The notes below the pieces were generated by a model. The model was not told where the DNA came from. It saw only the letters and a list, made by a program, of their open reading frames with translations, and searched no databases. Below, in pieces: positions 62,261 through 64,000 of a stretch of DNA of 64,000 bases (position 1 is the first letter of the stretch; each line of letters begins with the position of its first letter). The stretch is from an uncultured Bordetella sp. GTDB lineage: Bacteria > Pseudomonadota > Gammaproteobacteria > Burkholderiales > Burkholderiaceae_A. The stretch spans positions 46,681-110,680 of the forward strand of contig CAZKWK010000001.1 of the NCBI GenBank assembly GCA_964556335.1, in the 5' to 3' direction. Made by a program: the position numbers and the translations under genes.

Positions 62261-62991
62261 CCCAGACCCATTTTGGATTTCAGCAGGTTCCTGAAGACGA
62301 GAAGGTGCGCCATGTCCGCCGGGTCTTTGACTCGGTGGCAAGCCGTTACGACCTCATGAATGATGTGATGTCGTTGGGGCTCCACCGGGTCTGGAAGGCC
62401 ATTGCCATTGCCCAGGCCCAGATTCGCGAGGGGCAGTCCATCCTCGATGTGGCCAGTGGCACCGGGGACCTCGCCCTGGCCTTTGCCCAACGGGTGGGCC
62501 CGGCAGGGTCGGTGGTGATGACCGACATCAATGCCCAGATGCTCGCCCGTGGCCGCAATCGGCTGATTGATGCAGGCTACCCCGTGCCGGCGGTGGTCTG
62601 TGACGCAGAGCATCTTCCGTTCTCAGACAAGACCTTCGACCGTGTCATGGTGGCCTTTGGGCTGCGCAACATGACCCACAAAGACCGTGCGCTTGCCGAG
62701 ATGCACCGGGTGCTCAAGCCCCAGGGCAAACTGCTGGTACTGGAATTCTCCGAGGTCGTTCCGCCCCTCCGACGCCTCTATGACCACTACTCATTTAAGG
62801 TTCTGCCCTGGCTCGGTCAGAAGATCGCCAACGATGCCGAGAGTTACGCCTATCTTGCGGAGTCGATCCGCATGCATCCCGGTCCGGAAGCCCTTAAGGA
62901 GATGATGCATTCTGCGGGCTTTGGCGTGGTAAGGTTTCAGCGCTTAACTGGTGGGGTGGTGGCACTTCACCAGGGAATCCGGCTCACGTAG
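62257..62991 (+). CDS. ubiE: Ubiquinone/menaquinone biosynthesis C-methyltransferase
   Basis: 244 aa. [32 protein letters not shown] and the SAM motif [11 protein letters not shown]. Confidence 0.95.
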   Translation: MTQTHFGFQQVPEDEKVRHVRRVFDSVASRYDLMNDVMSLGLHRVWKAIAIAQAQIREGQSILDVASGTGDLALAFAQRVGPAGSVVMTDINAQMLARGRNRLIDAGYPVPAVVCDAEHLPFSDKTFDRVMVAFGLRNMTHKDRALAEMHRVLKPQGKLLVLEFSEVVPPLRRLYDHYSFKVLPWLGQKIANDAESYAYLAESIRMHPGPEALKEMMHSAGFGVVRFQRLTGGVVALHQGIRLT

Positions 62992-63012
62992 GCCGTCACA
63001 AAGGAGGCATCG

Positions 63013-64000
63013 ATGGCACAACTTGGTAGTCAGACCACAATTTCTCAGAAGGGTACGCCTGCAGCGACCCGGTTCGGTACGCGCATGAGCGCCTCAATTC
63101 TTGCGCTTGTCTTTCTGGTGGCAACCAGTGGCCTCTCGGAGGCGCAGGCCAAGCGTATGGGCGGCGGTGGATCCATCGGTAAGTCTGCGACACCGATGCA
63201 GCGCCAGGCCACGCCCCCGGCCAAGCCCGCGCAGCAGCAGACGCCCCCAACGCAGCAGGCCGCACCAGCCCAGCAGCCCGCCGGGGCAGCGGCTGCCGCC
63301 CCTGCAGCCGCCGCTTCGCAGGCTGCCTCTGGTGCCAGCCGTTGGATGGCACCCTTGGCCGGCCTAGCGGCAGGTCTGGGCCTGGCTGCGCTCGCATCGC
63401 ATCTTGGGCTGGGTGAAGAACTCATGGGCATGCTCATGATCGTTTTGCTTGTCGCCGTGGGCTTTTTCATTCTCCGCATGGTGCTTGCCCGTGGGCGTGG
63501 TGCATCCCAGTCCGGCGCGCTTGAGCCGGCCATGGCCCGCAGTGGCCTGGGATCCGCAGGCTCTGGGTCCTCCACAGGGGGCTGGACTGCGCCGCAGCCT
63601 GTGGGAGGTCTGCGCCAAGACATACCAGCGCACGACGACCACCAAACTGTGGCCACCGCAAGTACCGGCAGCATGAGCCAGGACGAGGTTGATCAGTTTC
63701 TTCAGGTTGCGCGCGCCCAGTTCTTGAGCCTGCAGAAACTCTGGGATGCGGGAGACCTGAAGGCCATTGAAGGCTTCTGTACCTCGGCGATGGCGCAAGA
63801 ACTTGCTGGCCAGCTTGCCGCCCGGGGGCACTCGGTGAACTACACCTCGGTGGTGCAGCTTGAGGTCGAGTGGATGGGGCTGCAAGACGGCGTCAACGAT
63901 GACGGCCATCCTGTCGATGAGGCGTATGTTGGCTTTAAGGGATTGGTGCGCGAAACGGCAGACGGCGTGGCAGACGCCTTCCATGAGGTCTGGGTGCTCC
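63013..64000 (+). CDS. Tim44-like domain membrane protein, 3'-partial at the window edge
   Basis: AAGGAGG lies 6 nt upstream of ATG 63013. The frame stays open to position 64000, which is why it is missing from the track. It has a signal or anchor sequence, a Gln/Pro/Ala-rich linker, a TM helix and a C-terminal Tim44-like region (QFLQVARAQFLSLQKLWDAGDL). It is in the usual position after ubiE. Confidence 0.8.
   Translation, partial: MAQLGSQTTISQKGTPAATRFGTRMSASILALVFLVATSGLSEAQAKRMGGGGSIGKSATPMQRQATPPAKPAQQQTPPTQQAAPAQQPAGAAAAAPAAAASQAASGASRWMAPLAGLAAGLGLAALASHLGLGEELMGMLMIVLLVAVGFFILRMVLARGRGASQSGALEPAMARSGLGSAGSGSSTGGWTAPQPVGGLRQDIPAHDDHQTVATASTGSMSQDEVDQFLQVARAQFLSLQKLWDAGDLKAIEGFCTSAMAQELAGQLAARGHSVNYTSVVQLEVEWMGLQDGVNDDGHPVDEAYVGFKGLVRETADGVADAFHEVWVL

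Noticed and set aside
63045-63984. Two minus-strand ORFs of 209 and 206 aa
   Set aside because: They are antisense to the Tim44-like gene, which has a strong RBS and runs open to the window edge. Their composition is typical of shadow ORFs.

Overview
High-GC core chromosome with betaproteobacterial (Burkholderiales-like) gene content and order. It is almost entirely housekeeping. I count about 57 protein genes, one tRNA, and no rRNA, CRISPR array, transposase, integrase, phage or recognisable defence genes.

Gene content by function:
- Haem and tetrapyrrole: hemE, hemA.
- Replication restart: priA.
- Ubiquinone biosynthesis: coq7, ubiK, then DUF971-ubiE-Tim44-like running off the 3' edge.
- Translation: tRNA-Arg(CCG)-argS, gatCAB, prfA-prmC, rsmI.
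- Envelope and cell shape: SPOR protein, dsbA, BON lipoprotein, mreBCD-mrdA-rodA, ampG, an M48 peptidase.
- Methionine: metX-metW, metH.
- Glutathione plus a permease-less PTS: gshA-gshB-EIIA(Man)-ptsH-ptsI.
- Nitrogen: TorF-type porin-glnK-amtB.
- Copper: a P1B-ATPase with a divergent TlpA-like redoxin.
- Phosphate: phoB-phoR.
- Other: aceK, ilvA, grxD, comM, and a 1351-aa DUF3683/GlcD/GlcF-like fusion oxidoreductase.

I see no convincing novel multi-gene system. The leads worth checking, all read directly from the sequence, are:
1. ampG is split by a +1 frameshift exactly inside a G7 homopolymer.
2. A sigma54-type promoter with upstream NtrC-like dyads drives the porin gene. A strong intrinsic-terminator hairpin sits between the porin and glnK-amtB, and three tandem 9-nt repeats lie in the 5' UTR.
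3. A near-consensus Pho box is placed so that phoB would be essentially leaderless. The box also covers the start codon of the divergent DUF971-ubiE operon.
4. A cognate tRNA-Arg gene lies 17 nt upstream of argS.
5. A 16-kb, 12-gene co-directional train with gaps of 30 bp or less joins the elongasome to aceK, metH and uncharacterised genes.
6. Several gene junctions have no spacer at all (CATG and CTAG overlaps).

Many long ORFs in the six-frame track are antisense shadow ORFs typical of high-GC DNA, and I rejected them.
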